64,000 bases of DNA from an archaeon (lineage in GTDB: Archaea > Aenigmatarchaeota > Aenigmatarchaeia > QMZP01 > JAFGSV01). The stretch spans positions 2,688 through 66,687 of the forward strand of contig JANQNF010000005.1 of NCBI GenBank assembly GCA_028279705.1. The letters run 5' to 3'. The position numbers and the translations under genes were made by a program. Below are positions 45,460-55,741 of the stretch, in pieces. Within the stretch, counting starts at the first letter, position 1, and every line of letters starts with the position of its first letter. The notes beneath the pieces were generated by a model. That model was given only the letters and a program-made list of their open reading frames with translations, was not told where the DNA came from and did no database searches.

Positions 45460-46481
45460 TCATCATGTGTAACGAACGTTTAACAATTGAGGAGCTCACA
45501 CAAGACCAGCTCCTACGTGTAAGAACGTGGGAAGACCAGTCTGGTGTACAGGTCCTGGAACTTGAGCGCAACGAAAATGATAAGCTCAGACCTACCCTTA
45601 TCAACGGAAGACAAGTTGATCGTGACGGGTGGCGCGAGGTTGTCAGAATCGGTAATCGTTCTTGCACAGGAACTATTGTCGGCCGGAATGCAGTAATCAC
45701 TGCTGCTCATTGTGGTCGTAATAACAGCCGGAGCACTCTAGAAGTGTTCAAGGACGGTTCACTAGTCCGGTACAACTACCGAATGTTCCATCATCCCCGT
45801 TATCGTGGGCAATCGAACTGGGACATTGCAGTGTTAGCGCTGGACAACGATATCGAGGACGTCTTCTACGCGATTGCTGGAGTCAACTACAACTTCAGGC
45901 AAGGAGCAGAAGTTGACATTCTCGGTTACGGGTGTACGCGACCAGGAGGTGGAGGAGGAAACGATGGCATCCTTCGCTTCGGTGAATCACGAGTTGTGAA
46001 TTTCACTGGAACGGATGTTATCACATCCCACCGTCCTAGCGGAGCGGCTCTTTGCTTTGGTGACAGCGGTGGTCCAATGTTCGCGGACACGTCCGACGCT
46101 TCATTGGAAGACCACAATACGCTAATTGCGGTCAACAGCAAAGGTAACATCCGTGACACGAACTACAATCTACGGCTAGACTATGATGGTGTCGGTGAAT
46201 GGTTGGAGTCAATTGCGAATGCCCGTGATCTGGAAATCTACGGGGTCAATGCTCAACCTGATGAGCCAGATCCCAACCCGGATCCAGACCCAGATCCTGA
46301 TCCAAACCCAGATCCACAGGACCCGTGCGAAGTCTGGGCTCAACTCGCCAAGCAACACCGGGAAACTGCTTTGTACTGGGAGCGTCAAGCTGAGAAGTAC
46401 GAACAGATGTCCGGCAATGGTTGCGGCGGCGACAAACCAAATCCACCGAACGATCCAAGTGATGATCTGTTCGGGCTTTAA
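45456..46481 (+). CDS. Trypsin-like (S1 family) serine protease with C-terminal Pro-Asp-rich linker
   Basis: His motif TAAHCG, Ser motif GDSGGPMF, then a PDEPDPNPDPDPDPDPNPDP run. Ends in DDLFGL. Confidence 0.75.
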   Translation: MIIMCNERLTIEELTQDQLLRVRTWEDQSGVQVLELERNENDKLRPTLINGRQVDRDGWREVVRIGNRSCTGTIVGRNAVITAAHCGRNNSRSTLEVFKDGSLVRYNYRMFHHPRYRGQSNWDIAVLALDNDIEDVFYAIAGVNYNFRQGAEVDILGYGCTRPGGGGGNDGILRFGESRVVNFTGTDVITSHRPSGAALCFGDSGGPMFADTSDASLEDHNTLIAVNSKGNIRDTNYNLRLDYDGVGEWLESIANARDLEIYGVNAQPDEPDPNPDPDPDPDPNPDPQDPCEVWAQLAKQHRETALYWERQAEKYEQMSGNGCGGDKPNPPNDPSDDLFGL

Positions 46482-46494
46482 CAAGGAGGAGAAG

Positions 46495-47166
46495 ATGAGA
46501 ACCTTCTACACTTTGATCACACTTGTGATCTTCGCTCTGTGTCTTGGTCCACAAGCGCAGGGCACTGAACTGTACGGTTTGGGTGATGAACCCGAATCAG
46601 TAACAACTGTTGAACCTCAACCTGATCTGTTCGGTCTTGAAGATCAAGGCTCAGACCAGTTCCTGGGTTACTTGTTTCAACAGCAATGTACCGACCTCAA
46701 CGGTGACGGTATTTGTGACCAGACTGGTCAACCTATGTTTCGCTCACGCATTCTTTCTCCCAGAAGGACGTTCAGTAACAACGATCTTTTTGGAATGAAT
46801 GGCGTAGTGGTTACTAGGATTGAACCAATTCCGGAAGCTAATATCTTTCCTGTTAGGTCTGTGGTCAACCAGTGGGTGTGCCCTTCGGGTAGGCACCTGC
46901 ACACAGAATGGTCTGACGGAAGTAAAACGGTCCAAGACCGATCAGTGGTTACGAGTAGAACCTGGAGTAACGTGAACTCATGGGACACCGGATGGACGCC
47001 TACGAGTTCGTGGGATATGGATGGTGAAGAGTATACTCGTACTCGAAGGAACGCAGTCTACAGCAAAGAGACTGGTAGGTTCCATAGGCGTAACGGTCGG
47101 GCAGTCCTGTTCGACGGTCAGGGTTGGTGGTTAGGAAAAGCCTTCGGGCTTGCTCCACGCCGCTAA
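46495..47166 (+). CDS. Secreted hypothetical protein
   Basis: RBS AAGGAGGAG. Signal peptide MRTFYTLITLVIFALCLGPQAQG. Contains PDLFGLED, echoing the protease C-terminus. Confidence 0.5.
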   Translation: MRTFYTLITLVIFALCLGPQAQGTELYGLGDEPESVTTVEPQPDLFGLEDQGSDQFLGYLFQQQCTDLNGDGICDQTGQPMFRSRILSPRRTFSNNDLFGMNGVVVTRIEPIPEANIFPVRSVVNQWVCPSGRHLHTEWSDGSKTVQDRSVVTSRTWSNVNSWDTGWTPTSSWDMDGEEYTRTRRNAVYSKETGRFHRRNGRAVLFDGQGWWLGKAFGLAPRR

Positions 47167-47263
47167 CCATAGCGAATCAGGGAAGAGTGATGTTATTGGA
47201 GCAACATCATTCGTGAGAGTTCTGGGGACAGGGATGGTCCCCTCCCCCACCGGGAGTGATTGA

Positions 47264-48565
47264 ATGGGTATTAAAGTAGGATCTTTTAATAAGTCCATCC
47301 TACCGGCAACCACGACTAATGTCATAACCGGTCTAGGGTTCGAGCCAGAGTCCTTGATTATTATGATGACAGGTGTTGTTGCTGGAAGTGAAAATGCTCC
47401 TCAAGGAGAAGATGTTCTTCAGTGTGTAGGTTTTAGTGACGGAACAAACCATAGATGTGTTTTTGGTGGATCAGAAGACGGACAACTTACGTCGGACACA
47501 AACCGATACAAGGACCCAGACCAAGTTCTTGCTCTTTATGATCTGGCTGATAATTTAATCTGTGAAGGAACTGTGGCCTTTGATTCTGACGGATTCACAA
47601 TTACTTGGACCACCAATGATGCTAATGCCTATGTCATCAAATATTGGGCTTCGTCTCTTGGGTGCGAAGTAGGAACTCTAGTTCTATCATCCGGAACAGG
47701 TTCTATAACGAAGTCAACAACTAATGTTCCTAAAGCTTTGATGTTTCTTACAGGTAGGAGTACTACTGAGAATTCAATTCTTAGTAATAACTACACGAAT
47801 CTAGGATTTGCCACTGGTACAGCTAATGAAACAGCCCTAACTTCTAGGGATCGAAGTGGTAGAACTTCCATGGACTGTGAACGGTCTTTTTATAACAGTC
47901 GTTGTATTGTGTGTCAGGATTTAGCAGGAACCGCTCTAGATCACGCTGTGGAGTTTACTAGCTTTGATAGTGGCCCAAATGGATTCACGCTTAATAAAGT
48001 TCAATCTGATGCTGAAATAGACGTTTACTATATCGCCTTCTATGAAGGTACTTGGGAAGCAGGATCTGGTACTTCACCGACATCAGCAGGAACAAAAGCT
48101 TTTACGACCAGCTTTGAACCCGACGCCTTATTGGTGTTCGGGAATCATTTGAATACAGTAAACAGCAATGCTACTGGTGGAGGCCCGTTCCTTGGTATGA
48201 TGGATGGTACTACTCAAGGAGCTATTGTATGGTCTTCTCGTCATGCAGCAGGGACTAGTGAAGTCTGGGAGGGAACTTATAACGATGCTGTGTACGTATC
48301 TATTGCAGGTAATGGAGGAGCGGAACAAGTAGTAGCTGACTGGGATTCGTTCAACGCAACGGATTTCACCTTAGACTTTACGACTGTTGATGCTTCAGCT
48401 AGATACTTCGGTTGGCTTGCAGTTAAAGATGAAGACGTGCCGGTACTAGGGACACAACACAAAGCAGGGGAGCTTGTCCCCTACTGCCTATCACCTATGG
48501 GTGGAGGCACTGTACATCCAATTGGGCGCAATAATCGCGCAGAGGAACACATCAAAGCTCTTTAG
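47264..48565 (+). CDS. Hypothetical Thr/Ser/Gly-rich beta protein (possible virion protein)
   Basis: 433 aa. Confidence 0.55.
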   Translation: MGIKVGSFNKSILPATTTNVITGLGFEPESLIIMMTGVVAGSENAPQGEDVLQCVGFSDGTNHRCVFGGSEDGQLTSDTNRYKDPDQVLALYDLADNLICEGTVAFDSDGFTITWTTNDANAYVIKYWASSLGCEVGTLVLSSGTGSITKSTTNVPKALMFLTGRSTTENSILSNNYTNLGFATGTANETALTSRDRSGRTSMDCERSFYNSRCIVCQDLAGTALDHAVEFTSFDSGPNGFTLNKVQSDAEIDVYYIAFYEGTWEAGSGTSPTSAGTKAFTTSFEPDALLVFGNHLNTVNSNATGGGPFLGMMDGTTQGAIVWSSRHAAGTSEVWEGTYNDAVYVSIAGNGGAEQVVADWDSFNATDFTLDFTTVDASARYFGWLAVKDEDVPVLGTQHKAGELVPYCLSPMGGGTVHPIGRNNRAEEHIKAL

Positions 48566-48577
48566 TGGGGTTTATAA

Positions 48578-48898
48578 ATGGGCGCTGTATGGACTGCACA
48601 AACATCAGACGCTACTTCGTCTGAATTTGATATGGATGCCAGCCCTAAGCAAATCCAATTCGTTGGTGATCTTAAGGCTAATGGCGTTCTACAATGTCAA
48701 CGATCCACACGGACTAGTCAGTGGGTTGTTGTACGTGAGTGGAAAGCAGACAACACCGGGGACGGGACTCTTGCCGTTGATGAGTTGTTATACGGGGAAG
48801 TTGTTTCTCCTAACAACAACAAAGTCAGGTTCGTAGTCACAGGTATAACAGGGGTCAGCGGAGCCACTGTTACCGGGGATTTTGGCGGGAACTATTAA
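48578..48898 (+). CDS. Hypothetical protein
   Basis: 106 aa. Confidence 0.45.
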   Translation: MGAVWTAQTSDATSSEFDMDASPKQIQFVGDLKANGVLQCQRSTRTSQWVVVREWKADNTGDGTLAVDELLYGEVVSPNNNKVRFVVTGITGVSGATVTGDFGGNY

Positions 48899-49016
48899 CC
48901 CCCAAAATTTTTAGGATTACCCCCTTGTTTTCTGACCAGACCCCTCGTACAATGTCCCAGGACCAAATTCGTGGGAAACGAGGGTTTTCAAAACGAAGGC
49001 ACTATGGAGGCCAAAC

Positions 49017-50516
49017 ATGGCTTTAAGCACATTTACCTTCAATCTTTCCAATGCCAATCTTCGATACGAAGTATTGGACGGGAAGGAATACCTTGTAGCA
49101 CCTATGGCGATGTTAACCGTAGGTGTCCACAATGGCAGTCAAGGACCTCTGATGTATACAGAGGCAGAACTTTCCAAAGCACCATCGGTGTGGAACATGA
49201 AACCAATTGTGGTTTACCACCCGGAACGAGATGGAAAGGGAATATCAGCCTGTGATCAGGTCATCATCAACAATCGCGGGATTGGTCTGGTGATGAACGC
49301 CAAGTTCGACGGTAAACTTCGTGCCGAAGCTTGGTTGGATGTGAACAAAATGAAGCAGGTTGATGAACGGGTTCTTGTTGCCGTATTGAACAATCAGATG
49401 ATGGAAGTATCTACTGGCCTGTTCAGAGACGAGGATTCCACACCTGGGAAATTTGGCGGGAAGCAATTTGTAGGACACGCCCGGAATATCAAACCGGACC
49501 ACCTTGCTATCCTCCCAGACAAGATTGGAGCATGTTCCATCGCAGATGGAGCAGGACTACTTCAATTGAATGAGTTGGTTGAGAACGCTGAAAGATATGC
49601 GATCAACGCTGAAAGACAACTGGAAACAGCGTTCAGACAAGCCTTGCGGAGGAGTGGGCTTGTTGATAACCAGATGTCTCACGGTAATATCCGTTCAGCC
49701 TTAGCAATGGCTGTTCGGGAGCGTTACACGGACGAGACGTGGATTGAAGATGTCTACGACGATTTTATAATTGTTGAAAACGACGGCGATCTGCTACGAG
49801 TGGATTATTCAGCAGAAGAAACAGCCGTCACGTTAAGTAGCGAGCAACCGGAGAAGGTTGTTCGAGTTACTGAGTACAGAACTGTTGACGGTGCCTTCGT
49901 TGGCAACTCAACAAACGATCCCCCTAACCCAAAGGAGAAAGACATGGGTAAGGAACAGTTGGTAGAAGACCTCATTGCCAACGAAGGGACCAAGTGGACT
50001 GAAGATCACCGGGAGTTCCTGATGGAGACCGATGAAAGTTTGCTTGATAACTTCATTCCTGTGGTCAAGAACGATTCTACCGAACCTTCAAAGAAGCCGG
50101 AAGAAACCGTTGAGGATTCGCCTGCGAACAACAACGAACCGACCGGCCAAGAAGAACCGAAAGTTGTTTCGCTGAATGAGTACATTGAAGGTGCTCCAGT
50201 TGAACTGCAAGACGTTCTACGAAACGGTATCGAAGCTCACCAAAACGAAAAGGAAGCTTTGATCGCCAAGATCACTGCGAACAAGAAGAACAAGTTCGCC
50301 GCTGATACGTTGCAGAACATGGCAATCGCAGACCTCCGCAACCTCGCCCTGTTGGCTGAGGACGAAGAGGAAGGCGGACAAGGTCGTCCTAACTACGCTG
50401 GCCAAGCTGGTTCCACACCTGCGGCCAACCAACAGGACTCGTCCATGCCCGGAGCTATCGTGGACAACGAAGAGCCTTTGAAAATGCCCGAACTGACGTT
50501 TGGCTCCAAGTCGTAA
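49017..50516 (+). CDS. Putative prohead protease/scaffold protein (DUF2213-like)
   Basis: 499 aa immediately upstream of a small protein and the capsid gene. Long acidic coiled-coil C-terminus. Family assignment from memory. Confidence 0.45.
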   Translation: MALSTFTFNLSNANLRYEVLDGKEYLVAPMAMLTVGVHNGSQGPLMYTEAELSKAPSVWNMKPIVVYHPERDGKGISACDQVIINNRGIGLVMNAKFDGKLRAEAWLDVNKMKQVDERVLVAVLNNQMMEVSTGLFRDEDSTPGKFGGKQFVGHARNIKPDHLAILPDKIGACSIADGAGLLQLNELVENAERYAINAERQLETAFRQALRRSGLVDNQMSHGNIRSALAMAVRERYTDETWIEDVYDDFIIVENDGDLLRVDYSAEETAVTLSSEQPEKVVRVTEYRTVDGAFVGNSTNDPPNPKEKDMGKEQLVEDLIANEGTKWTEDHREFLMETDESLLDNFIPVVKNDSTEPSKKPEETVEDSPANNNEPTGQEEPKVVSLNEYIEGAPVELQDVLRNGIEAHQNEKEALIAKITANKKNKFAADTLQNMAIADLRNLALLAEDEEEGGQGRPNYAGQAGSTPAANQQDSSMPGAIVDNEEPLKMPELTFGSKS

Positions 50517-50570
50517 CAGCCATTCCGGTTGTATTAAATTCCAAAGCCATGATATAAGGAGTTACTCTAA

Positions 50571-51020
50571 ATGGCTGACAACAGAAGAATCGTCCTGCGA
50601 GGCCGTGACGAAGGTTACGGAGAAGGTCGCTGCGATGAGGCTATGAGCCCTGGGATGGCAATTGAATTGGCTGCCGATGGTGATTATGACCAAGTGCAAG
50701 CCACTCAAGCTGAAGCATTGAAGGGTGTCGCTGGCCTGATTATCCTCATCGAAGATTCGATGCAAGGAAAAACGGTTGATGACGCTTACGCTGCTGACGA
50801 CGTCATCTTTTTCTATCACCCGGTAAACGGTGAAATCATCAACATCCTGGTCAAGTCAGGTGAAGCGATTGCGGTCGGTGACACCCTTGTGGTGGAAGCC
50901 GCCGGTTCCGGTTTGTTCGTTGAAGCCGCCGGTACTGAAACCCGCTACTGCTTCGAAGCAATGGAAGGACCAGGAACACTTGCCGCCAACGATCACGTGA
51001 AGTGCCGTTGCGTCTGGTAA
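50571..51020 (+). CDS. Hypothetical capsid-associated protein (DUF2190-like position)
   Basis: 149 aa between the scaffold and capsid genes. Confidence 0.45.
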   Translation: MADNRRIVLRGRDEGYGEGRCDEAMSPGMAIELAADGDYDQVQATQAEALKGVAGLIILIEDSMQGKTVDDAYAADDVIFFYHPVNGEIINILVKSGEAIAVGDTLVVEAAGSGLFVEAAGTETRYCFEAMEGPGTLAANDHVKCRCVW

Positions 51021-51066
51021 CCTGTGATTCCGTCATTTCCAATCACACACTACAAGGAAAGGTGAA

Positions 51067-52137
51067 ATGGACTATATCTTGAATGGTCAAGGTTATGGGG
51101 GAGTCGCCCAGACTTTGATGAACAGCGGCTTTGACGTGAACGCACTGCGTCCGTGGAAGTCCAATGAGTGGGATCCTGAGGATCCTAATACTGACCAAAG
51201 AACGTTCCAGACTGTGACTCGTAACGGTAAACCACAAACGATCGTTACGAACGCGCCTGCAACGTTGAGAAAGGACGAGTGGAAACAACTCGACGAGGCA
51301 ATCGTTGAAGCCGCTCAGAAAGAAATGCGTGCCTATGGTGACTTGCTTGCCAACGGCTTGACCTATACCATCCCGAACGGACTTGGAAAGACCGTACTGG
51401 AAACGGAACGTCAAAGCGACCTGACCGATGCTGAAATGAGCATGGACGGTATCCGACGATCGGATGCGGACCGACCTCACTTCGACTTGGTCAACTTGCC
51501 CCTTCCGATTACCCACAAGGATTTCCACTTCACCGCTCGCCAACTTGCAACGTCCCGCGAACGCGGTGCGCCGCTGGATACGTCCACGGCTTCCCTCGCT
51601 GGTCGTAAGGTTGCTGAGTCCATTGAGAAACTGTATCTCGGTGAACTTTCCACCTACGCTTTCGGCGGCGGAACCATCTCGGGTCTGACGAACTTTGCCA
51701 GCCGATTGACCAAGACGCTGACTGCACCAACTTCGGCCAATCACGCTGTGACTGTGAACGAAGTCCTGGACATGCGTGATCTGGCCTACTTGGATAATCA
51801 CTACGGTCCGTTCATGCTTTACTGCTCTCCCGGCTGGGACCAGTACATGGACGAGGACTACTCCACGGCGAAGGGAAGCAACACCCTGCGAGAACGGCTG
51901 AAAGCCATTGACCAAATCCAGGATGTGCGAACCTTGCACTTCCTCAGTGACACTACGTTGCTGCTGGTCCAAATGACTTCGGACATTGTTCGTGCCGTTC
52001 GTGGTATGTCAATCACCACCGTCCAATGGCCAACGGAAGGTGGAATGATGCTGAACTACAAAGTCATGGCCATCGAGGTTCCACAACTTCGGGCAGACTT
52101 CAACAGTAACACTGGTATCGTCCACGGTTCTGTCTAA
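51067..52137 (+). CDS. Putative major capsid protein
   Basis: 356 aa. Position after the scaffold; strong terminator hairpin downstream (52601). Size fits an HK97-fold capsid protein. No motif proof. Confidence 0.55.
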   Translation: MDYILNGQGYGGVAQTLMNSGFDVNALRPWKSNEWDPEDPNTDQRTFQTVTRNGKPQTIVTNAPATLRKDEWKQLDEAIVEAAQKEMRAYGDLLANGLTYTIPNGLGKTVLETERQSDLTDAEMSMDGIRRSDADRPHFDLVNLPLPITHKDFHFTARQLATSRERGAPLDTSTASLAGRKVAESIEKLYLGELSTYAFGGGTISGLTNFASRLTKTLTAPTSANHAVTVNEVLDMRDLAYLDNHYGPFMLYCSPGWDQYMDEDYSTAKGSNTLRERLKAIDQIQDVRTLHFLSDTTLLLVQMTSDIVRAVRGMSITTVQWPTEGGMMLNYKVMAIEVPQLRADFNSNTGIVHGSV

Positions 52138-52170
52138 CCAACAGTTGGACATTAGCTAAAGGAGATTACC

Positions 52171-52578
52171 ATGAGTAGATCTGTTCAAGAACCTGCATCC
52201 CATTCTCCGTTTAAGAATTGGGCGTTCGATAACGCTACGTTCGTCATCGGGGCTGAAGCTGCCAACGTAATTAACGTAGGTATTCAACTCCGATACGGTG
52301 GCGCTGACATCGCAGAACGTTCTGCGGTGCGAATGTATCTTTCAGACGATGCGAATGGGGATTCAATTTCCGCTGCCCCTGATTCAGTAGCAATCGGGAC
52401 CGACGGGGTCATCATTGATCCTTATGCAGCAAGCCAGAGTTTCATGGCAGTATCCGAGTCGGACGGGGATATCGACATTGATATCACCGAAGCTGGTGGT
52501 GCTGACACGTTCTATCTGGTCGTTATCCTACCGGACGGAAGTCTGGTGGTGAGTAGCGCAATTACATTCGCTGCCTAA
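52171..52578 (+). CDS. Hypothetical protein (possible Ig-like decoration protein)
   Basis: 135 aa. Confidence 0.5.
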   Translation: MSRSVQEPASHSPFKNWAFDNATFVIGAEAANVINVGIQLRYGGADIAERSAVRMYLSDDANGDSISAAPDSVAIGTDGVIIDPYAASQSFMAVSESDGDIDIDITEAGGADTFYLVVILPDGSLVVSSAITFAA

Positions 52579-52600
52579 TCCGCGCTGGTCGCACGGGCTT

Positions 52601-52640
52601 GGGGGACTGGGCCGAGCTGGAGTTCAGTCCCCCTTCATTT
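52601..52640 (+). terminator. Rho-independent terminator after the capsid genes
   Basis: GGGGGACTG-15nt-CAGTCCCCC followed by TTCATTTCAT. Confidence 0.5.
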
Positions 52641-52657
52641 CATAAGGAGCCTATCAA

Positions 52658-53017
52658 ATGGCAAAGAAAGAAGCGACAACGGCTGTAGCTGACAAAGCTG
52701 CTCCTGTGTCCAAAACCAAAGCGTATCGGCTTGTGGAAGGAGCCGGAGCGCATAAAGAACTTGACGGAACTGTTTTCCGTCGAGGAGAAGTCATCGAGTC
52801 GGAAGAAAACCTTGTTGAAAAGTACAAGGGAAAATTCGTCGAGGTTGATTCCCAGGCTTGGAACGATGCTCTGGAAGCTGCTGCTGCCAAGCACGTTGAA
52901 AAAGAAAAAGCACGTGAAAAAGCAGCCGCTGATGCTGCCAAAGAACGAGCTCAGCGCGAAGCCGGCGGAAGTAAGCCAGCTACCACGAACAAGCCCAATG
53001 TGGGAAGTGGATCCTAA
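52658..53017 (+). CDS. Hypothetical Lys/Ala/Glu-rich protein
   Basis: 119 aa; RBS AAGGAG. Confidence 0.5.
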   Translation: MAKKEATTAVADKAAPVSKTKAYRLVEGAGAHKELDGTVFRRGEVIESEENLVEKYKGKFVEVDSQAWNDALEAAAAKHVEKEKAREKAAADAAKERAQREAGGSKPATTNKPNVGSGS

Positions 53018-53047
53018 TTCAATTCGCCTGATTGCAGGAGTTGGGTC

Positions 53048-53470
53048 ATGGGTAGGACAACGTACCTAGCGGTAAGTAAGATCACTAAGATCAATACCAG
53101 TATTACTACGGATGCAGCTCCGTTCATAGAAGCGGCTAACTTCCTGGTGACTAAACTGTGTTCCACTGCCACCGACGAAGACGGTGACCTATACCATGAC
53201 GCGACTTCCCTAGAACTTGTTGAACGTTGGCTCGCTGCTCACTTCTATCGTATCCGCGACCCGGAAGCTGATACGAAGAAAGCCGGGCCTGTCACAAAGA
53301 AGGACCAGTACAAAGTGGACCTAGCCCTAGACCAGACCCGATACGGTCAACAAGCAATGGCAATCGACATCAGCGGAGAATTGGCTTCCTGGAATGAGGA
53401 CGTCAAAAGCGGCGATGCTGGTAAGGAAGCCATATTCCACTGGATTGGTACTGACCCGGATGATCTGTAA
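53048..53470 (+). CDS. Hypothetical head-tail joining region protein
   Basis: 140 aa; positional. Confidence 0.5.
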   Translation: MGRTTYLAVSKITKINTSITTDAAPFIEAANFLVTKLCSTATDEDGDLYHDATSLELVERWLAAHFYRIRDPEADTKKAGPVTKKDQYKVDLALDQTRYGQQAMAIDISGELASWNEDVKSGDAGKEAIFHWIGTDPDDL

Positions 53471-53832
53471 TGGTGGAAATAAAACTACCGCTGATGGACA
53501 TTCCCAACAGGGATCAGAAAGCTACGTGGTGGCAAAAGAAGTCTGTCACACAAGGCGGACAGTTCACCTATGAGAATCCTGTCGAAATAGATTGCAGGTG
53601 GGACGATGAGATTATGGAGTTCGTGGATGCCAACAACACCAAGCAATTCAGCAAGGCTGTTGTTTATCCTGACCGTTACATGGAAAACGGTGATATCCTA
53701 ATTTTGAAAGCTCCCCACTTGCTAGACTTCCCCAACGATCCTAAAAAGAACCTGGGATACAGCGAGATACGGAATTTCCAACAGATCCCAGACTACGATC
53801 AGGGTGAAGTCCTGTTCATAGCGATGCTGTAA
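53470..53832 (+). CDS. Hypothetical head-tail joining region protein
   Basis: ATGG overlap; 120 aa. Confidence 0.5.
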   Translation: MVEIKLPLMDIPNRDQKATWWQKKSVTQGGQFTYENPVEIDCRWDDEIMEFVDANNTKQFSKAVVYPDRYMENGDILILKAPHLLDFPNDPKKNLGYSEIRNFQQIPDYDQGEVLFIAML

Positions 53833-54206
53833 TGGCTAAGACCAAATCATTCGTAGAAGTTCTTAACGTCGGTAAGATTAAGAAGCAACTACGTGACCAG
53901 GAAGTCAAATGGTCAAAGCAAAAACTGGCAAAGGGAATGAAAGCCGGTGCCGAGTACCTCAAGGAAAGAAGTCAGGAAGTTGTTCCAATTGCTTCAGGCA
54001 CGCTACACGACAGCGCTTTCACAAGAGTTGAACCAGACTTCCTAGATGTTATTGTTGGTTACACCGCTCACTACGCTGTATTCGTGCACGAAATGCCGCA
54101 GAGTTCTATCAAGGTAAAAGGCAGACGGGCCAAGTTCCTTGAAGAACCTGCAAGAAAACACAAACGACAAATTGCTAAGATCGTTGCGAAGAAGGCACAG
54201 GAATGA
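53832..54206 (+). CDS. Hypothetical head-tail joining region protein
   Basis: 124 aa. Confidence 0.5.
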   Translation: MAKTKSFVEVLNVGKIKKQLRDQEVKWSKQKLAKGMKAGAEYLKERSQEVVPIASGTLHDSAFTRVEPDFLDVIVGYTAHYAVFVHEMPQSSIKVKGRRAKFLEEPARKHKRQIAKIVAKKAQE

Positions 54207-54664
54207 TCCACAGCCCTGCTCAAATCTTAGCCCAACACCTGATTGATCAGGGGATAGGGACTACTCACACTACGACCAGCGACTGGTCAGTGTTTGTGGA
54301 CCATGCTCCAACCCCTGATGACCTTGTGCCAAAGAAGATAATTTCTGTCATCAACCAGACTGCAATCATCCAAGGAAGATACCACAGCAACCGATCAGGG
54401 CAGCAAGGGAAGACAGTAAAGCAAGAAGGGATCCAGTGCGTCATACGATCAGACGATCCCAATGATGCTTGGACCAAGGCTAACGACATAGCAAATAGGT
54501 TTGACGCCATCCTAAGGACCAACGTGACGGTTGAAAAGAGAGATTATCTGGTCCAAAGCGTCACTCTGGTGACTTCAATTGTTTCACTTGGAGAAGACCC
54601 AGAACTGCGGTTGCGTAACTTTTCATTGAACGCAACTGCATCCATTAGACAGAAACCAATATAG
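54203..54664 (+). CDS. Hypothetical tail-completion region protein
   Basis: 153 aa; ATGA overlap. Confidence 0.5.
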   Translation: MIHSPAQILAQHLIDQGIGTTHTTTSDWSVFVDHAPTPDDLVPKKIISVINQTAIIQGRYHSNRSGQQGKTVKQEGIQCVIRSDDPNDAWTKANDIANRFDAILRTNVTVEKRDYLVQSVTLVTSIVSLGEDPELRLRNFSLNATASIRQKPI

Positions 54665-54687
54665 AACATTACTGAAAGGAGAAGTCC

Positions 54688-55110
54688 ATGGCTATCATGG
54701 AAGACGGATTTAGTACAATCATAGCTTTTCCGTCGCACCCATCTGTCGCATTTGAAGAAAAGACCGTAACTCCACCTGGAGTTTCGGGTGGTGGTCAGAA
54801 CGACGTCACCACGATGCGGAATACGACCTGGCGCACGATGGCTCCCAAGAAGCTGAAGACCTTAACGGAATCCACCTTCGAAGCTGCCTACGATCCAGCC
54901 GTTTTCGATGACATCGTGGCGATGGTCAATGACAATCAGTTGATCACGATTACGTTCCCGGATGCTTCGACGCTGGCCTTTTATGGCTGGCTTGATGATT
55001 TCATCCCGAACGCTAACGAGGAAGGAAGTCAGCCCACGGCTAACTGCACCATCCAGATCAGTAACAGAACCGACGCTGGTGTTGAAACAGCACCCGTCTA
55101 CACCCCATAA
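54688..55110 (+). CDS. Hypothetical protein
   Basis: 140 aa. Confidence 0.5.
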   Translation: MAIMEDGFSTIIAFPSHPSVAFEEKTVTPPGVSGGGQNDVTTMRNTTWRTMAPKKLKTLTESTFEAAYDPAVFDDIVAMVNDNQLITITFPDASTLAFYGWLDDFIPNANEEGSQPTANCTIQISNRTDAGVETAPVYTP

Positions 55111-55127
55111 TTGAAGGAGTCTAATAA

Positions 55128-55634
55128 ATGGCTGTAACCCTAACACTTGGTTACCACCTTCAATTCCTGCAAAGGAAGGTTGTAGAAGGTGCTAACGTTG
55201 ACGCCGAGCCGAGGTTTGACCAAAACCTGACACTAGAGTCAGGGACGGTCGTCAATGAACAGGACTTGTTGTGGTATGACATCGGCCGGACACTAGCTGC
55301 ATCGGCCAGTGAGAACCTGGACTTAGCAGGATCTCTCAGTGATCCATTCGGCGACACCATCACGATGGCGAAGCTGAAAGGTATTTACATCCACAACAAG
55401 AACACAACTGCTGGTGACGTTCTACAGTTTGGAAACAATGCGGCCCACGTCCCACTGTTCAGCGCAGTAACTACTTCGTTTGATATTGGACCTGGAGCTA
55501 CGTTCTTCTGGCTTGATCCATCACTGGCTGGAGTGACTGTCACCGCTGGAACAGGGGATATCATATCCCTTGCCGAAACCGGTGCTGCAAACACACTAAC
55601 GTTTGACATCGCTATCTGGGGCACGTCCGCATAG
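55128..55634 (+). CDS. Putative major tail (tube) protein
   Basis: 168 aa; followed by a strong terminator; lies before the chaperone pair and the tape measure gene. Confidence 0.45.
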   Translation: MAVTLTLGYHLQFLQRKVVEGANVDAEPRFDQNLTLESGTVVNEQDLLWYDIGRTLAASASENLDLAGSLSDPFGDTITMAKLKGIYIHNKNTTAGDVLQFGNNAAHVPLFSAVTTSFDIGPGATFFWLDPSLAGVTVTAGTGDIISLAETGAANTLTFDIAIWGTSA

Positions 55635-55644
55635 TGATTTACCT

Positions 55645-55700
55645 AGCCGCACCTGCACCGGGTCGTAGACCTCCCGGTGTGGGAGCGCGGCTATTATTTT
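55645..55700 (+). terminator. Rho-independent terminator after the putative tail tube gene
   Basis: Long imperfect hairpin AGCCGC..CACCGGG-tcgtagacc-CCCGGTG..GCGGCT followed by ATTATTTT. Confidence 0.5.
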
Positions 55701-55741
55701 GGTTGTACCTTCTCCCCAGAAGGTAATTGGAAGGAGTTGAA

